Shown here piece after piece: positions 20,376 to 31,605 of a stretch of 64,000 bases of DNA; the stretch's first letter is position 1; every line of letters starts with the position of its first letter. The notes under the pieces are model-generated. The model saw nothing but the letters and a program-made list of their open reading frames with translations, did no database searches and was not told the origin of the DNA. This stretch comes from Pontiella sp. (GTDB lineage: Bacteria; Verrucomicrobiota; Kiritimatiellia; Kiritimatiellales; Pontiellaceae). The position numbers and the translations under genes were made by a program. The DNA is taken from positions 64,001 through 128,000 of the forward strand of contig JBNKHE010000002.1 of NCBI GenBank assembly GCA_050290185.1, in the 5' to 3' direction.

Positions 20376-20777
20376 ATGCCGCTGCAATATCTCATCGCCC
20401 TGTTCATCGGCCTTCCGGTCGTTGAACTGGCGTTGCTCTTCAAAGTGCATGATTTCATGGGATGGGGTTCCACCATCCTGCTGGTGTTGCTGACCGGCGT
20501 AATCGGCGCAACACTGGTTCGCCGTCAGGGAATTGCCATCCTGTTCAAAATCCAGCATGAAATGGCACAGGGAAACCTGCCTGCCCCGCAGATGATCGAC
20601 GGCATCATGATCCTGCTTGCTGGCGCTCTGCTCATCACACCCGGCCTCATCACCGACTCCGTCGGCTTTGCGCTGCTCATTCCGCTTGTCCGCGAATCTC
20701 TCCGCGGCTGGTTGCGGAAAAAACTGGAGCAAAAAGCCCGCAACGGTTACATACAGGTAAACATCGACCGCTCGTGA
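20376..20777 (+). CDS. fxsA: FxsA family membrane protein
   Basis: LPVVELALL, VRRQG, ALLITPGLITD. Confidence 0.9.
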   Translation: MPLQYLIALFIGLPVVELALLFKVHDFMGWGSTILLVLLTGVIGATLVRRQGIAILFKIQHEMAQGNLPAPQMIDGIMILLAGALLITPGLITDSVGFALLIPLVRESLRGWLRKKLEQKARNGYIQVNIDRS

Positions 20778-20793
20778 AGGTCGTGTGAGAGCT

Positions 20794-22215
20794 ATGACTG
20801 ATACTAAATCCATTCCACTGTGTGTCGATCTCGATGGAACGCTGGTCAAACTCGATACCCTCCACCAGGCGCTGTTCCTTCTTCTCCGGCGCGATTTTTC
20901 CAGCCTCTTCCGCATTCCCGGATGGATCCTTAAAGGCAAAGCCCACCTTAAGGAACAGGTCATGCAGCGCGTCACGCTCGACGCCACGGCCCTACCCTAC
21001 AACCAGACCTTTCTGAGTTGGCTGCACGAAGAGCGGGCCGCGGGCCGAAAGCTCGTACTGGCGACCGCCTCGAACTACCGTACCGCCAACGCCGTGGCCG
21101 ATCACCTCGGCATCTTCGATGAAATCCTGGCAAGCAATGCGGAAACCAACCTGCGCAACAATCGGAAACTTTCAGCCATACAGGAACGTTTCGAGCGCTT
21201 TGGCTATGCGGGCAACGATGCCCACGACATTCCGATCTGGGAGGCGGCAGCGGAAGTGATTCTCGTCAACCCCACCCGCCCGGCCAAAGCGGCCTGTGCC
21301 TCCAAAGCCGATCGCGTATTCGAGGAACGGCGCCCGGTACTGCGCATGTTCATCAAAGCCATGCGCTGCAATCAATGGCTTAAGAACATTCTCATTTTCT
21401 CCCCCATGTTCCTTGCACACCGCTTTACGGATCGCATCTGCCTGACCGATACCATCATGGCATTCTTTGCGTTTAGTTTTGCCGCATCGTCGATCTATGT
21501 CCTGAACGATCTTTTTGATCTCAGCGCCGACCAGCACCACCCGCGCAAATGTCAGCGACCCTTCGCCTCCGGCGACCTCCCCATCGCGGTCGGATCGCTG
21601 CTGATGCCCTTGCTCGTGATTGTCAGCATCATCTTCTGCATGTTCCTGCCCCTGCCCTTCTTCTTTACCTTGATGGCCTACTATATCATCACCACACTCT
21701 ATTCATGGCGCCTTAAGCAACTCGCCATTGCCGACGTACTGACCCTGGCGATTCTCTTTTCCATGCGCATTCTTGCCGGCTCCGTGGCCACAGGAACTCC
21801 CGCGTCGGGCTGGTTCGTTGAGTTTGCCATTTTTCTATTCCTGAGCCTTGCGCTGGTCAAGCGGCTCTCCGAGCTGCGAGAAATGGAAAATGGCTCCGAA
21901 CTGAAGCAAAAGCAGCGCGAACGCGGTTACAAGACCGACGACCTGCCGCTGCTGCTCGCCTTCGGAACCGCAAGCGGGTACATCGCGGTGCTGGTCTTCA
22001 CTATGTATCTCGGCAGCGAAAAAGTGGCCGAGCTATACCGCCGCCCCGAACTGCTCTGGATCTTCTGTCCGTTGCTGCTCTACTGGATCACCCGCATCTG
22101 GCATCTGGCCTGGCGCGGGCAAATGCAGGACGACCCGCTCGCCTTCGCCGCCAAGGATCTTCAAACCTATCTTGTTGGCGCGATCGGTGCCGCAGCCATG
22201 CTTCTTGCCATTTAA
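20794..22215 (+). CDS. HAD-like plus UbiA prenyltransferase fusion (decaprenyl-phosphate phosphoribosyltransferase-like)
   Basis: VDLDGTL; QWLKNILIF; NDLFDLSADQHHPRK..RPFASG; DDPLAFA. Confidence 0.88.
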   Translation: MTDTKSIPLCVDLDGTLVKLDTLHQALFLLLRRDFSSLFRIPGWILKGKAHLKEQVMQRVTLDATALPYNQTFLSWLHEERAAGRKLVLATASNYRTANAVADHLGIFDEILASNAETNLRNNRKLSAIQERFERFGYAGNDAHDIPIWEAAAEVILVNPTRPAKAACASKADRVFEERRPVLRMFIKAMRCNQWLKNILIFSPMFLAHRFTDRICLTDTIMAFFAFSFAASSIYVLNDLFDLSADQHHPRKCQRPFASGDLPIAVGSLLMPLLVIVSIIFCMFLPLPFFFTLMAYYIITTLYSWRLKQLAIADVLTLAILFSMRILAGSVATGTPASGWFVEFAIFLFLSLALVKRLSELREMENGSELKQKQRERGYKTDDLPLLLAFGTASGYIAVLVFTMYLGSEKVAELYRRPELLWIFCPLLLYWITRIWHLAWRGQMQDDPLAFAAKDLQTYLVGAIGAAAMLLAI

Positions 22216-22236
22216 CCGTTATCGGAGATTAAACCC

Positions 22237-23151
22237 ATGACCAAACCCACCGTTGACCTGACTATTGTTGGATCCATTGGAATCGACACCATTGAAACAC
22301 CGACCGAAAAACGCGAAGAGATTCTCGGAGGCTCCGTCAGCTATGCATGCGCCGCCGCCTCGTTCTTTACCCATACCGGCATGGTCGGTGTCGTCGGCAC
22401 CGACTTTCCCCAGGAATTCCGCGACACATGGACCGACATGAACATCGACCTCGAAGGGCTCCAGACCGTCGAAGGAAAAACATTCCGCTGGTCCGGCGTC
22501 TATCACGAAAACATGGACAACCGCGACACGCTTTCCACCGAACTCAATGTCTTCGAAACCTTCTCCCCCGAACTGCCGGACGATTACCGCGAAGCCCCCT
22601 ACCTTTTCCTCGGCAACATCCACCCCGCGCTCCAGCTCCATGTGCTGGAGCAGGTGCGCGATCCCAAGTTCATTCTGATCGACACCATGGATCTGTGGAT
22701 CAATATCGATAAGGAAAACCTCACGAAGGTGATCGGCAAGTGCCACATGCTCACCCTCAACGAATCCGAGGCCCAGCTCTTTACCGGCGAGCACACGCTC
22801 AACAAAGCCGCACACCAACTCCTTGAACTCGGCCCTGAATATGTACTGATCAAAAAAGGCGGAAACGGATCGATGCTCTTCACCAAGGACGACGTCTTCC
22901 TGCTGCACGCCTATCCGCTCGACTCCTTCAAGGACCCCACCGGCGCGGGCGACACCTTTGCCGGCGGCCTCATGGGCGCACTTGCCGCATCCGGCAAAAC
23001 CGACAAAGAAGCCATCCGTCAAGCCATGGTCTACGGCAGCATCGTCGCCTCCTTCGGCGTCGAGGAATTCAGCCTCGAACGGCTGGTCCAGCTCGACCGA
23101 CCTCAGATCGACACCCGCGTTTCCGAGTTCAAGGAAATGTGCCGGCTGTAA
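22237..23151 (+). CDS. PfkB family carbohydrate kinase
   Basis: GGSVSYA, LNESEA, DPTGAGDTFAGG. Confidence 0.92.
   Translation: MTKPTVDLTIVGSIGIDTIETPTEKREEILGGSVSYACAAASFFTHTGMVGVVGTDFPQEFRDTWTDMNIDLEGLQTVEGKTFRWSGVYHENMDNRDTLSTELNVFETFSPELPDDYREAPYLFLGNIHPALQLHVLEQVRDPKFILIDTMDLWINIDKENLTKVIGKCHMLTLNESEAQLFTGEHTLNKAAHQLLELGPEYVLIKKGGNGSMLFTKDDVFLLHAYPLDSFKDPTGAGDTFAGGLMGALAASGKTDKEAIRQAMVYGSIVASFGVEEFSLERLVQLDRPQIDTRVSEFKEMCRL
23068..23144 (+). repeat. 77-bp direct repeat, copy 1 (3' end of pfkB-family gene)
   Basis: Matches 24381-24457 with 6 mismatches by eye. Confidence 0.9.
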
Positions 23152-23250
23152 AAGGCTTTAGCTCTTGCATAGAACCTTCCTGCTCTTATCATGATTCAAT
23201 GATCCCGACGTGATTCCGGATACGGGTCAACATGATTAAGGAGAAATGCC

Positions 23251-24375
23251 ATGAAATGCTGGAAACGCATTGTCGTCTGCCTGCTCACAGGAGTGTATCT
23301 GGCAGGAGCCCAGACCAATGAAACCAAAGTAAGCAAACCGATCAGCATCGAGCTGGCGAAAAAGGCCATTTCCGCCATTGAACAAGATCCGCTGGGCGAC
23401 ATCTCAGAAGCCGCGATTGCGGTACTACTGCAATTTGCGGAGGAATCGGAGGACGTCGTGGTTACCATCGACGATTCTATCATGCCCCTGTTGCAGGCCT
23501 CCCAGGAGCATGAATACGGCAAGGTGCTCTTTGCGGCCTTCATTGCGGGAAACATCAAGGTTCAGCTTGATTCCGGCGTATGCGAAGACCAGCGCGAAGC
23601 CGGCATCGCCCAGGCCATTGCAACGTACAACTACCTCAAGGAACACACCGACATTGAGTCCAACCCGATAATCGAGGAATGGATCGAAGAACGACACTCC
23701 GGCATTGAGCCCAAATCGACAACCGAAGAATCCACCACGGAATCAGACGATAAGGATTCGGTCTGGAGCGATCGCCTCGAGCAGGGAAGAAAACAGATCG
23801 AATCGAAAGAGCCTTATGGAGCCATCGCCGATCACCTTGATCCCGTAATTGAGCATTATGAGGAGACCTATAAGGATGAAACCCGAACGATCTATTGTGC
23901 CGCTAACATGAAGGAAACGGTTGCTTACACGGCAATGTCTCTCCCGAAATCATCAGAGGATTCGGGAACCCTTGTACTGGATCAGGTTTGGGCGGAAGCC
24001 TATTACCTGAAAGCCTATTCTTTCGTAGAACTGAACCAGCTTGATCAGGCGAAAGCCGCATTGCAGCATGCCCTGAAACTTTCTCCGCGTCATTCGCAAT
24101 ACTGGGCTGAACTGGGTCACGTGTTCCAAACCGAAAAGGACTGGAAGCGATGCATGACGGCCTACGAAAAAGCAGCAGAGTCCGCTTCATTTTCCGACGA
24201 CGACATGGAAAAAAACCATCTAACCCGCGCATGGCGCGGCATGGGGTTTGTGCTTGTCGAGCTGGGAAAACTCACCGCGGCTGAGGAAAAATACAAACAA
24301 TGCCTGGAACTCGATCCCAACGATAAAAGGGCCAAGGCTGAGCTGGACTATATCAAGGGACTGCGCGGGAAGTAG
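23251..24375 (+). CDS. Secreted two-domain protein with C-terminal TPR repeats
   Basis: AAGGAG RBS; signal peptide; TPRs AEAYYLKAY..ALKLSP, YWAELGHVF and AWRGMGFVL..CLELDP. Confidence 0.85.
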   Translation: MKCWKRIVVCLLTGVYLAGAQTNETKVSKPISIELAKKAISAIEQDPLGDISEAAIAVLLQFAEESEDVVVTIDDSIMPLLQASQEHEYGKVLFAAFIAGNIKVQLDSGVCEDQREAGIAQAIATYNYLKEHTDIESNPIIEEWIEERHSGIEPKSTTEESTTESDDKDSVWSDRLEQGRKQIESKEPYGAIADHLDPVIEHYEETYKDETRTIYCAANMKETVAYTAMSLPKSSEDSGTLVLDQVWAEAYYLKAYSFVELNQLDQAKAALQHALKLSPRHSQYWAELGHVFQTEKDWKRCMTAYEKAAESASFSDDDMEKNHLTRAWRGMGFVLVELGKLTAAEEKYKQCLELDPNDKRAKAELDYIKGLRGK

Positions 24376-24380
24376 AACGG

Positions 24381-24457
24381 TTCAGCCTCGAACGGCCGGT
24401 CCAGCTCGACCGCGACCAGCTCGACACCCGCGTTTCCGAGTTCAAGGAAATGTGCCG
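24381..24457 (+). repeat. 77-bp direct repeat, copy 2 (orphan pfkB 3' end)
   Basis: TTCAGCCTCGAACGG...GAAATGTGCCG duplicate of 23068-23144. Confidence 0.9.
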
Positions 24458-24460
24458 CGT

Positions 24461-26650
24461 CTACAACAGCGACAGCGCATCGACATCCACCGTGCAGGTG
24501 ACGGCCTTCGGCATTTTACAGGATGCGAGGACGTGCCGGACCGGTTTCGTCATCTTCACCGTATGCTCGCATCGTAGCATGATCTGGTAGCGGTAGTACC
24601 CCTTGGCCCGGGCCAGCGGCGCAGGAACCGGCGGCGAGTGGGTCACGGATTCGGGAAGGATTCGTTCCAACCGATCAAAAAACCCGTCGGCCGCCTGCAT
24701 CACTTTGCTCTCGTTCTCCCCCTTGAACGTCAGCAGCACAAGGTGTGAAAACGGCGGATAGGAAAGCTCTTTGCGGAATTCCAGATCCTGCGAGCAGAAG
24801 CCGTCATAGTCGAGGTTGCGCGCCGCCTGGATGGCCGGATGGTGCGGCGTGTAGGCCTGAACAATCACTTCGCCCGCCTTTTCGCCGCGCCCGGCACGCC
24901 CGGCCACCTGCGTCAGCAACTGGAAGGTTCGCTCGCCCGCCCGGAAATCGGGTACGTGCAGCGACATGTCGGCACAGAGCACGCCAACGAGCGTGACGTT
25001 CGGGAAATCGAGCCCCTTGGCGATCATCTGGGTACCGAGCAGAATATCGATCTTTCCGGAGCGGAACTTGTCGAGCACGGTGCGATAGGAATCCTTCTTG
25101 CGCATCGTATCCGAATCCATGCGCGCCACCCGCGCGCTCGGGCACAGCTTCTCGAGCACCTCTTCGATCTTTTCCGTGCCCATCCCCGCATACTTGAAAT
25201 CCGGATCGCCGCAGTCCGGGCAACGGTCCGGTACCTTTTCTTCATGCCCGCAGATGTGGCAGAGCAGTTTGTGGGCGCGCTTGTGGTAGGTCATCGAAAC
25301 GCTGCATTCGCGGCACTCGGCCACATAGCCGCACTGCTCGCACTGGAGCGACGACGAAAATCCGCGACGGTTCAGGAACAATATCACCTGCTCGCGATTG
25401 TTGAGGCGGTCGTAGATGCCCTCCACCAGCTCGCGGGAAAAGATCTGCGGCCTCCCGTCCTTCTCGGCCTCGACGCGCATGTCGACCACCCGCATCAACG
25501 GCATGGAACGGTCGTCGACGCGCAGCAGCATTTCGGCAAGCTCGTAGCGACCTTCCTTCACATTGTTGAACGACTCCATCGACGGCGTCGCCGAGCCGAG
25601 CACCACGCAACAGCTTTCCAGATGGCCCCGCATGACGGCCACATCGCGGGCGTTATAGCGCGGCGACTCGTCCTGCTTGTAGGTCGCTTCGTGCTCTTCG
25701 TCGACCACGATCAGCCCCGGGTTCTCGATCGGCGAAAACAGAGCCGAGCGAGCGCCGATCGCGATCTGCGCCTCGCCGTTGCGGATGCGGTGCCACTCGT
25801 CATGCCGCTCGCCTTCCGAGAGACTCGAATGCAGCACCGCCACGCAATCGCCGAAGCGCGAACGGAAGCGGTCGACCGTCTGCGGCGTTAGCGATATTTC
25901 CGGCACCAGCACAATCGCGCCCTTTCCCTGGTCCAGCGCGTGCTGGATCGCCTGCAAATAGACCTCCGTCTTGCCGCTACCCGTCACGCCGTGCAACAGC
26001 ACCGTGCCCGGCTTTTCGCGATCCATCGCCGCATTGATCTTTTCGAGGGCGGTTTGTTGCTCAACCATCAGCTTGAACGGTTTCGTGCGCAACAACTCCA
26101 TGCCCGCATGCGGATCACGCAGAATGGTCGACTCCTCGATTTTCACCAGCCCATTCTTTTCCAGCGTCCGCACCGGCGAATCCGAGCAGCCCGTGCACTC
26201 TTTCAGTTCAGACAGCGTCATCGAGCCATGGGCTTGCAGGGTTTCGATCACCAGCATCTGCTTGGGTGGCAACGTAGACGCGGCATCCACCAGCGAAACC
26301 ACCAGTTGCTTCTTGTGCTGGGCGCCGCGTTTGCGGACGGCGCTGGGCAGGACGGTGCGGACAGCGTGCTCGATGGGTGCGCAGTAGTAGTCAGCGATCC
26401 AGTAGGCGAGTTTCATGATCGGGTCGGGAATCAGCGGCTTTTCGCCGACGACCCCGGCGATTTCCTTGAGCTTGTCGCCATAGGCCGAATAATTGGAGAG
26501 CCCTACCACGAACCCGCGCAGTTCCCGCGTTTTGAACGGCACCACCACCTGCGTCCCGACCTTGATGATGGACTGCAAATGCGCAGGAATCCGGTAGTCG
26601 AACTCCCGGTCCAGCGATATTTCCACCACAACTTTTGCAATCGATGCCAT
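24461..26650 (-). CDS. priA: Primosomal protein N' (replication restart helicase)
   Basis: GVTGSGKTEVY, LVPEISLTPQ, DEEHE, four CxxC pairs, GTQMIAKGLDFP, QVAGRAGR. Confidence 0.97.
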   Translation of the reverse strand: MASIAKVVVEISLDREFDYRIPAHLQSIIKVGTQVVVPFKTRELRGFVVGLSNYSAYGDKLKEIAGVVGEKPLIPDPIMKLAYWIADYYCAPIEHAVRTVLPSAVRKRGAQHKKQLVVSLVDAASTLPPKQMLVIETLQAHGSMTLSELKECTGCSDSPVRTLEKNGLVKIEESTILRDPHAGMELLRTKPFKLMVEQQTALEKINAAMDREKPGTVLLHGVTGSGKTEVYLQAIQHALDQGKGAIVLVPEISLTPQTVDRFRSRFGDCVAVLHSSLSEGERHDEWHRIRNGEAQIAIGARSALFSPIENPGLIVVDEEHEATYKQDESPRYNARDVAVMRGHLESCCVVLGSATPSMESFNNVKEGRYELAEMLLRVDDRSMPLMRVVDMRVEAEKDGRPQIFSRELVEGIYDRLNNREQVILFLNRRGFSSSLQCEQCGYVAECRECSVSMTYHKRAHKLLCHICGHEEKVPDRCPDCGDPDFKYAGMGTEKIEEVLEKLCPSARVARMDSDTMRKKDSYRTVLDKFRSGKIDILLGTQMIAKGLDFPNVTLVGVLCADMSLHVPDFRAGERTFQLLTQVAGRAGRGEKAGEVIVQAYTPHHPAIQAARNLDYDGFCSQDLEFRKELSYPPFSHLVLLTFKGENESKVMQAADGFFDRLERILPESVTHSPPVPAPLARAKGYYRYQIMLRCEHTVKMTKPVRHVLASCKMPKAVTCTVDVDALSLL

Positions 26651-26740
26651 AGCGGTACACCCTAGTTGGCCCCATCCTTAAACTCACGAAAAAACATCCC
26701 GCCTCTTGATTTGACGGCCTGCGCCAGTAGTATCCCCCGA

Positions 26741-27367
26741 ATGGTTCGCATATTGGAAATAGATCGGCAGCAACCGGAAACAGAACGGATTGCAGAAGCC
26801 AAAGCGGTGCTGGATGCCGGCGGATTGGTGATTGTCCCGACGGAAACGGTCTACGGCATCGCCTGCAATCCGGCCGTTCCGGGGGCGATGGAGAAGCTGA
26901 TCGCCGCCAAGGGGCGCGATGGCGACAAGCCGGTCGCAAGGTTGGCCGCAGATCCGAAGCAGGTAGCAAAAGCGGCAATCGACTGGAATGCCGGGCTTGA
27001 TGCGTTGGCCGAAAAATATTGGCCGGGCCCGCTGACCATTGTGCTGGAGACCAAAGAGGGATGGGTCGGCTACCGCATTCCGGACCATGCCGTGACGTTG
27101 GGCTTGGCTCAGGCCTGTGGTTGCTCCCTCGCCCTGACCAGCGCCAACCTGAGCGGAGATCCCGACACGAAAACGGCGCAGGAGGCCATGCACTCCGTGA
27201 ATGCCGATCTCGCGCTGGATAGCGGCCCTTCCGCCGAGCAGGCCATTCCCAGCACGGTCGTGAAAGTGGACGACGGGAAAATCGAATGCCTGCGAGCAGG
27301 TTGCATTCCTTTTGAAGAAATTGAACGGGAGTTCAAACACCAAGACACCAAAAACACAAACCCATGA
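26741..27367 (+). CDS. tsaC: L-threonylcarbamoyladenylate synthase (Sua5/YrdC)
   Basis: PTETVYG, KGR..DKP, WPGPLT, TSANLSG, PSTVV. Confidence 0.92.
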   Translation: MVRILEIDRQQPETERIAEAKAVLDAGGLVIVPTETVYGIACNPAVPGAMEKLIAAKGRDGDKPVARLAADPKQVAKAAIDWNAGLDALAEKYWPGPLTIVLETKEGWVGYRIPDHAVTLGLAQACGCSLALTSANLSGDPDTKTAQEAMHSVNADLALDSGPSAEQAIPSTVVKVDDGKIECLRAGCIPFEEIEREFKHQDTKNTNP

Positions 27368-27407
27368 GCATCAAACCTTCGTGTTTTACGCTTCCGGAGA
27401 CCGGCCC

Positions 27408-27866
27408 ATGAAAAAGATTTTGTTCATCTGCACAGGCAACATTTGCCGTAGCCCCATGGCCGAAGCGCTTTTTCGCCATCGGATCGGGGAAAACTCCGGA
27501 TGGGAGGCGGCATCGGCCGGCACCTATGCCTCGTTTGGGAATCCCGCCAGCGATAATGCCGTGTTGGCGGTGCGGGAACTCGGCATCGATCTTTCCAAAC
27601 ACAAAAGCCAACCGCTTACCGCCGAACTGGTTGAGAATTCCGACATGATCGTGGTCATGACGCAGGAACACCGGTTTCACATTCTCCAGGACTTCCCGGA
27701 GGTTGGGAACAGAGTTTTCTTGATTAAGTCGTTCGGAACCTCAAAAGTGCCCGCCGATGTATCCGATCCCTTCGGTGGATCGCTCAATACATACAAACGG
27801 ATTCGGGATGAAATCGATCGGGCCCTTTCGGACCTGATCCTTTTTATTCGTACGGGTAAAAAATAG
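27408..27866 (+). CDS. Low-molecular-weight protein Tyr/Arg phosphatase
   Basis: [13 protein letters not shown]-loop; DVSDPFGG. Confidence 0.9.
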   Translation: MKKILFICTGNICRSPMAEALFRHRIGENSGWEAASAGTYASFGNPASDNAVLAVRELGIDLSKHKSQPLTAELVENSDMIVVMTQEHRFHILQDFPEVGNRVFLIKSFGTSKVPADVSDPFGGSLNTYKRIRDEIDRALSDLILFIRTGKK

Positions 27867-27882
27867 AAAGAAGGACCCACTA

Positions 27883-29562
<1,680 letters not shown>

Positions 29563-29589
29563 TCCGTTCTTCAACGCAAGTTCCAAAAG

Positions 29590-29620
29590 GAAAGCGCCCA
29601 TGTAAAACACGGGCGCTTTC
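29590..29620. terminator. Probable bidirectional intrinsic terminator
   Basis: GAAAGCGCCC / GGGCGCTTTC stem between convergent genes. Confidence 0.7.
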
Positions 29621-29646
29621 GCATTTGTGGAGGAGAAAACCTATTC

Positions 29647-30132
29647 TTATCTGTTCCAGTCGGGCGATGGGTTGTTGACCCATTTGACCGTGTCGCGACC
29701 GCGCCGGTCCGGGAAAAGACGGAGATCGGAGGAAACTTCGGGATACGTCAGCGCATTGTTCGTGGCGCTGCCGGCCGATTGCTCATAGGCGGCAAACCGG
29801 TCGGTGGATGTGGTATAAATTCCGGTATCGCTTTGCGCGGCATGACGGGCATTGACCCCCAGATACTGCAACCCGACAAAAGCAACAAAGACCAATGCAA
29901 CGCCATATTTGGGCTCGGCAAAGAACCACGGGAAGCTGCCTTCCAGCAGATCGCCCATACTCTTACGCTTGCTGCGGCTTTCTTCACGTACCTGACGCAT
30001 GATATTCTGTTTGTTGCGCGTCATGCGCGAAGTCTCGGGAATTTCGTATCCCTTCAGGTGGAAAAGCTGCTTAAGCAGCTCTTCGCCGGACTGATTTCCG
30101 GTCATTTCCAGATTGTTATTTTCACCCATCAT
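29647..30132 (-). CDS. Single-TM protein, putative anti-sigma factor
   Basis: ATGA overlap with ECF sigma stop; central TM YGVALVFVAFVGLQYLGV. Confidence 0.6.
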   Translation of the reverse strand: MMGENNNLEMTGNQSGEELLKQLFHLKGYEIPETSRMTRNKQNIMRQVREESRSKRKSMGDLLEGSFPWFFAEPKYGVALVFVAFVGLQYLGVNARHAAQSDTGIYTTSTDRFAAYEQSAGSATNNALTYPEVSSDLRLFPDRRGRDTVKWVNNPSPDWNR

Positions 30133-30767
30133 TTCATGAACTCCGAAAGTTCGGCCTGCATTTGTCTTCTTGCATAAAACAGTCTTGAACGAATTGTACC
30201 GACCGAAGCACCCACCATTTTAGCAATCTCTTCGTGTGGAACCCCCTGCATATCATGCAGCACCACAACAGTTCTGTGCTTCTCAGACAGGTTCTGCAGG
30301 GCCTCGTTCAATTTTATTTGCAGCTCCGATAAACTGAGGTTTCTCAGGGGTGATCCCTTCGATGTAAGATCGTGGTACACTTCGTCCAGTTTGATTTCAT
30401 TGTCGAACTGGTCCAGACTCATCGCCCGTTTGCGGTTCCGTTTTTTGCGGTAGTTGATGGTCTTGTTCACGGCAATGCGATAGAGCCATGTATAGAATGA
30501 GGAATTTCCCTTGAAGCGCGGCAAGGCCTGAAAGGCCTTCACAAAGATGTCCTGGGTCAAATCCTCGGCATCCTCCCGGTTGGAGGTCATGTTGTAGGTC
30601 AGCCCGTAGATTTTACCGTGGTAGCGCTCCACCAATTCATCAAACGCATGGATATCGCCCTGCTGGGCCTTGAGCACCAGTTCATCATCAGGCGGCCCCT
30701 GCTGCTGGCCGTCCAGGCCGTCTTCTTCCGGGGCATTCTCCGGCTCTGGATTTAATTTCGCTACCAT
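30129..30767 (-). CDS. ECF sigma factor, RpoE/SigW-like
   Basis: DAEDLTQDIFVKAF, SSFYTWLYRIAVN, EEIAKMVGASVGTIRSRLFYAR. Confidence 0.92.
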   Translation of the reverse strand: MVAKLNPEPENAPEEDGLDGQQQGPPDDELVLKAQQGDIHAFDELVERYHGKIYGLTYNMTSNREDAEDLTQDIFVKAFQALPRFKGNSSFYTWLYRIAVNKTINYRKKRNRKRAMSLDQFDNEIKLDEVYHDLTSKGSPLRNLSLSELQIKLNEALQNLSEKHRTVVVLHDMQGVPHEEIAKMVGASVGTIRSRLFYARRQMQAELSEFMK

Positions 30768-30821
30768 GATTGCGCGCCATGTTAGGCTTTGGCGCCCCCC
30801 TTACCAGTAAAAAGAGTAAAA

Positions 30822-30848
30822 AGACGCATAAAGGAACCGTAACGTTCA
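30822..30848 (-). promoter_or_regulatory. Putative ECF autoregulatory promoter
   Basis: Minus strand TGAACG-N16-CGTCT, 55 bp upstream of the sigma ATG. Confidence 0.6.
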
Positions 30849-30849
30849 A

Positions 30850-31605
30850 TTATTTCCTCGGCGGCGGTTTCCTGCCCAGCTCCGCCAGCACGATCTGCAG
30901 ATCCTGCCAGGCATCCTTCTTCTTTGACGGATCGCGCAAGAGGTAAGACGGGTGGAAGGTCGGCATCAGCTTGATGCCTTGGTATTCCTGCCAAACGCCC
31001 CGCATACGGGTAATGCCCACCGGCTTCCCGAGCAGGCCTTCCATGGCCGTTCCACCCAGTCCGACGATCACCTTCGGCCGGATCAACCGGATCTGCTGGC
31101 GAAGATATGGCAGGCACATATCCATCTCCTCGCGTTGCGGTTTGCGGTTGTTCGGCGGACGGCATTTGACCACATTGGCAATGTAGATCTCGTCACGTCG
31201 GTACCCCATGGCCTCGATCATCTTATCCAGCAACCTACCGGCCTTGCCGACAAACGGGCGGCCCTGGGCATCTTCCTCCGCCCCCGGCCCTTCCCCGACA
31301 AACATGATATCCGGGGTCTCCGCATTCCCTTCGCCGGGAACCGTGCGGGTGCGCTCCTGGCACAGCGGGCAGTTGCGGCATTGGGCAACATGGGCGCTGA
31401 TGGCTTCCAGGGAATCGAAATCCGACGGAATGGGCGCGGCCTCGACTTCCATGGCTTCCGGCTCAGACACCACCACCTCCGGCTCCCTGGTCAGCGCCTC
31501 CAATACGGCGCGTTCGACCTCCAGCCGCTGGACGCCTTCGTCACGCTGGTATTCAAGGTATTTTTCCAGATCCTCGATCAGGCCATGGAATGTGGTGTCC
31601 GCCAT
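30850..31605 (-). CDS. Uracil-DNA glycosylase family 4
   Basis: CRNCPL, VGEGPG, GRPFVG, NVVKCRPP, TFHPSYLLR. Confidence 0.93.
   Translation of the reverse strand: MADTTFHGLIEDLEKYLEYQRDEGVQRLEVERAVLEALTREPEVVVSEPEAMEVEAAPIPSDFDSLEAISAHVAQCRNCPLCQERTRTVPGEGNAETPDIMFVGEGPGAEEDAQGRPFVGKAGRLLDKMIEAMGYRRDEIYIANVVKCRPPNNRKPQREEMDMCLPYLRQQIRLIRPKVIVGLGGTAMEGLLGKPVGITRMRGVWQEYQGIKLMPTFHPSYLLRDPSKKKDAWQDLQIVLAELGRKPPPRK

Noticed and set aside
26274..26288. GTAGACGCGGCATCC REP-like foot inside priA
   Set aside because: No complementary hairpin arm and it lies in coding sequence; probably chance.
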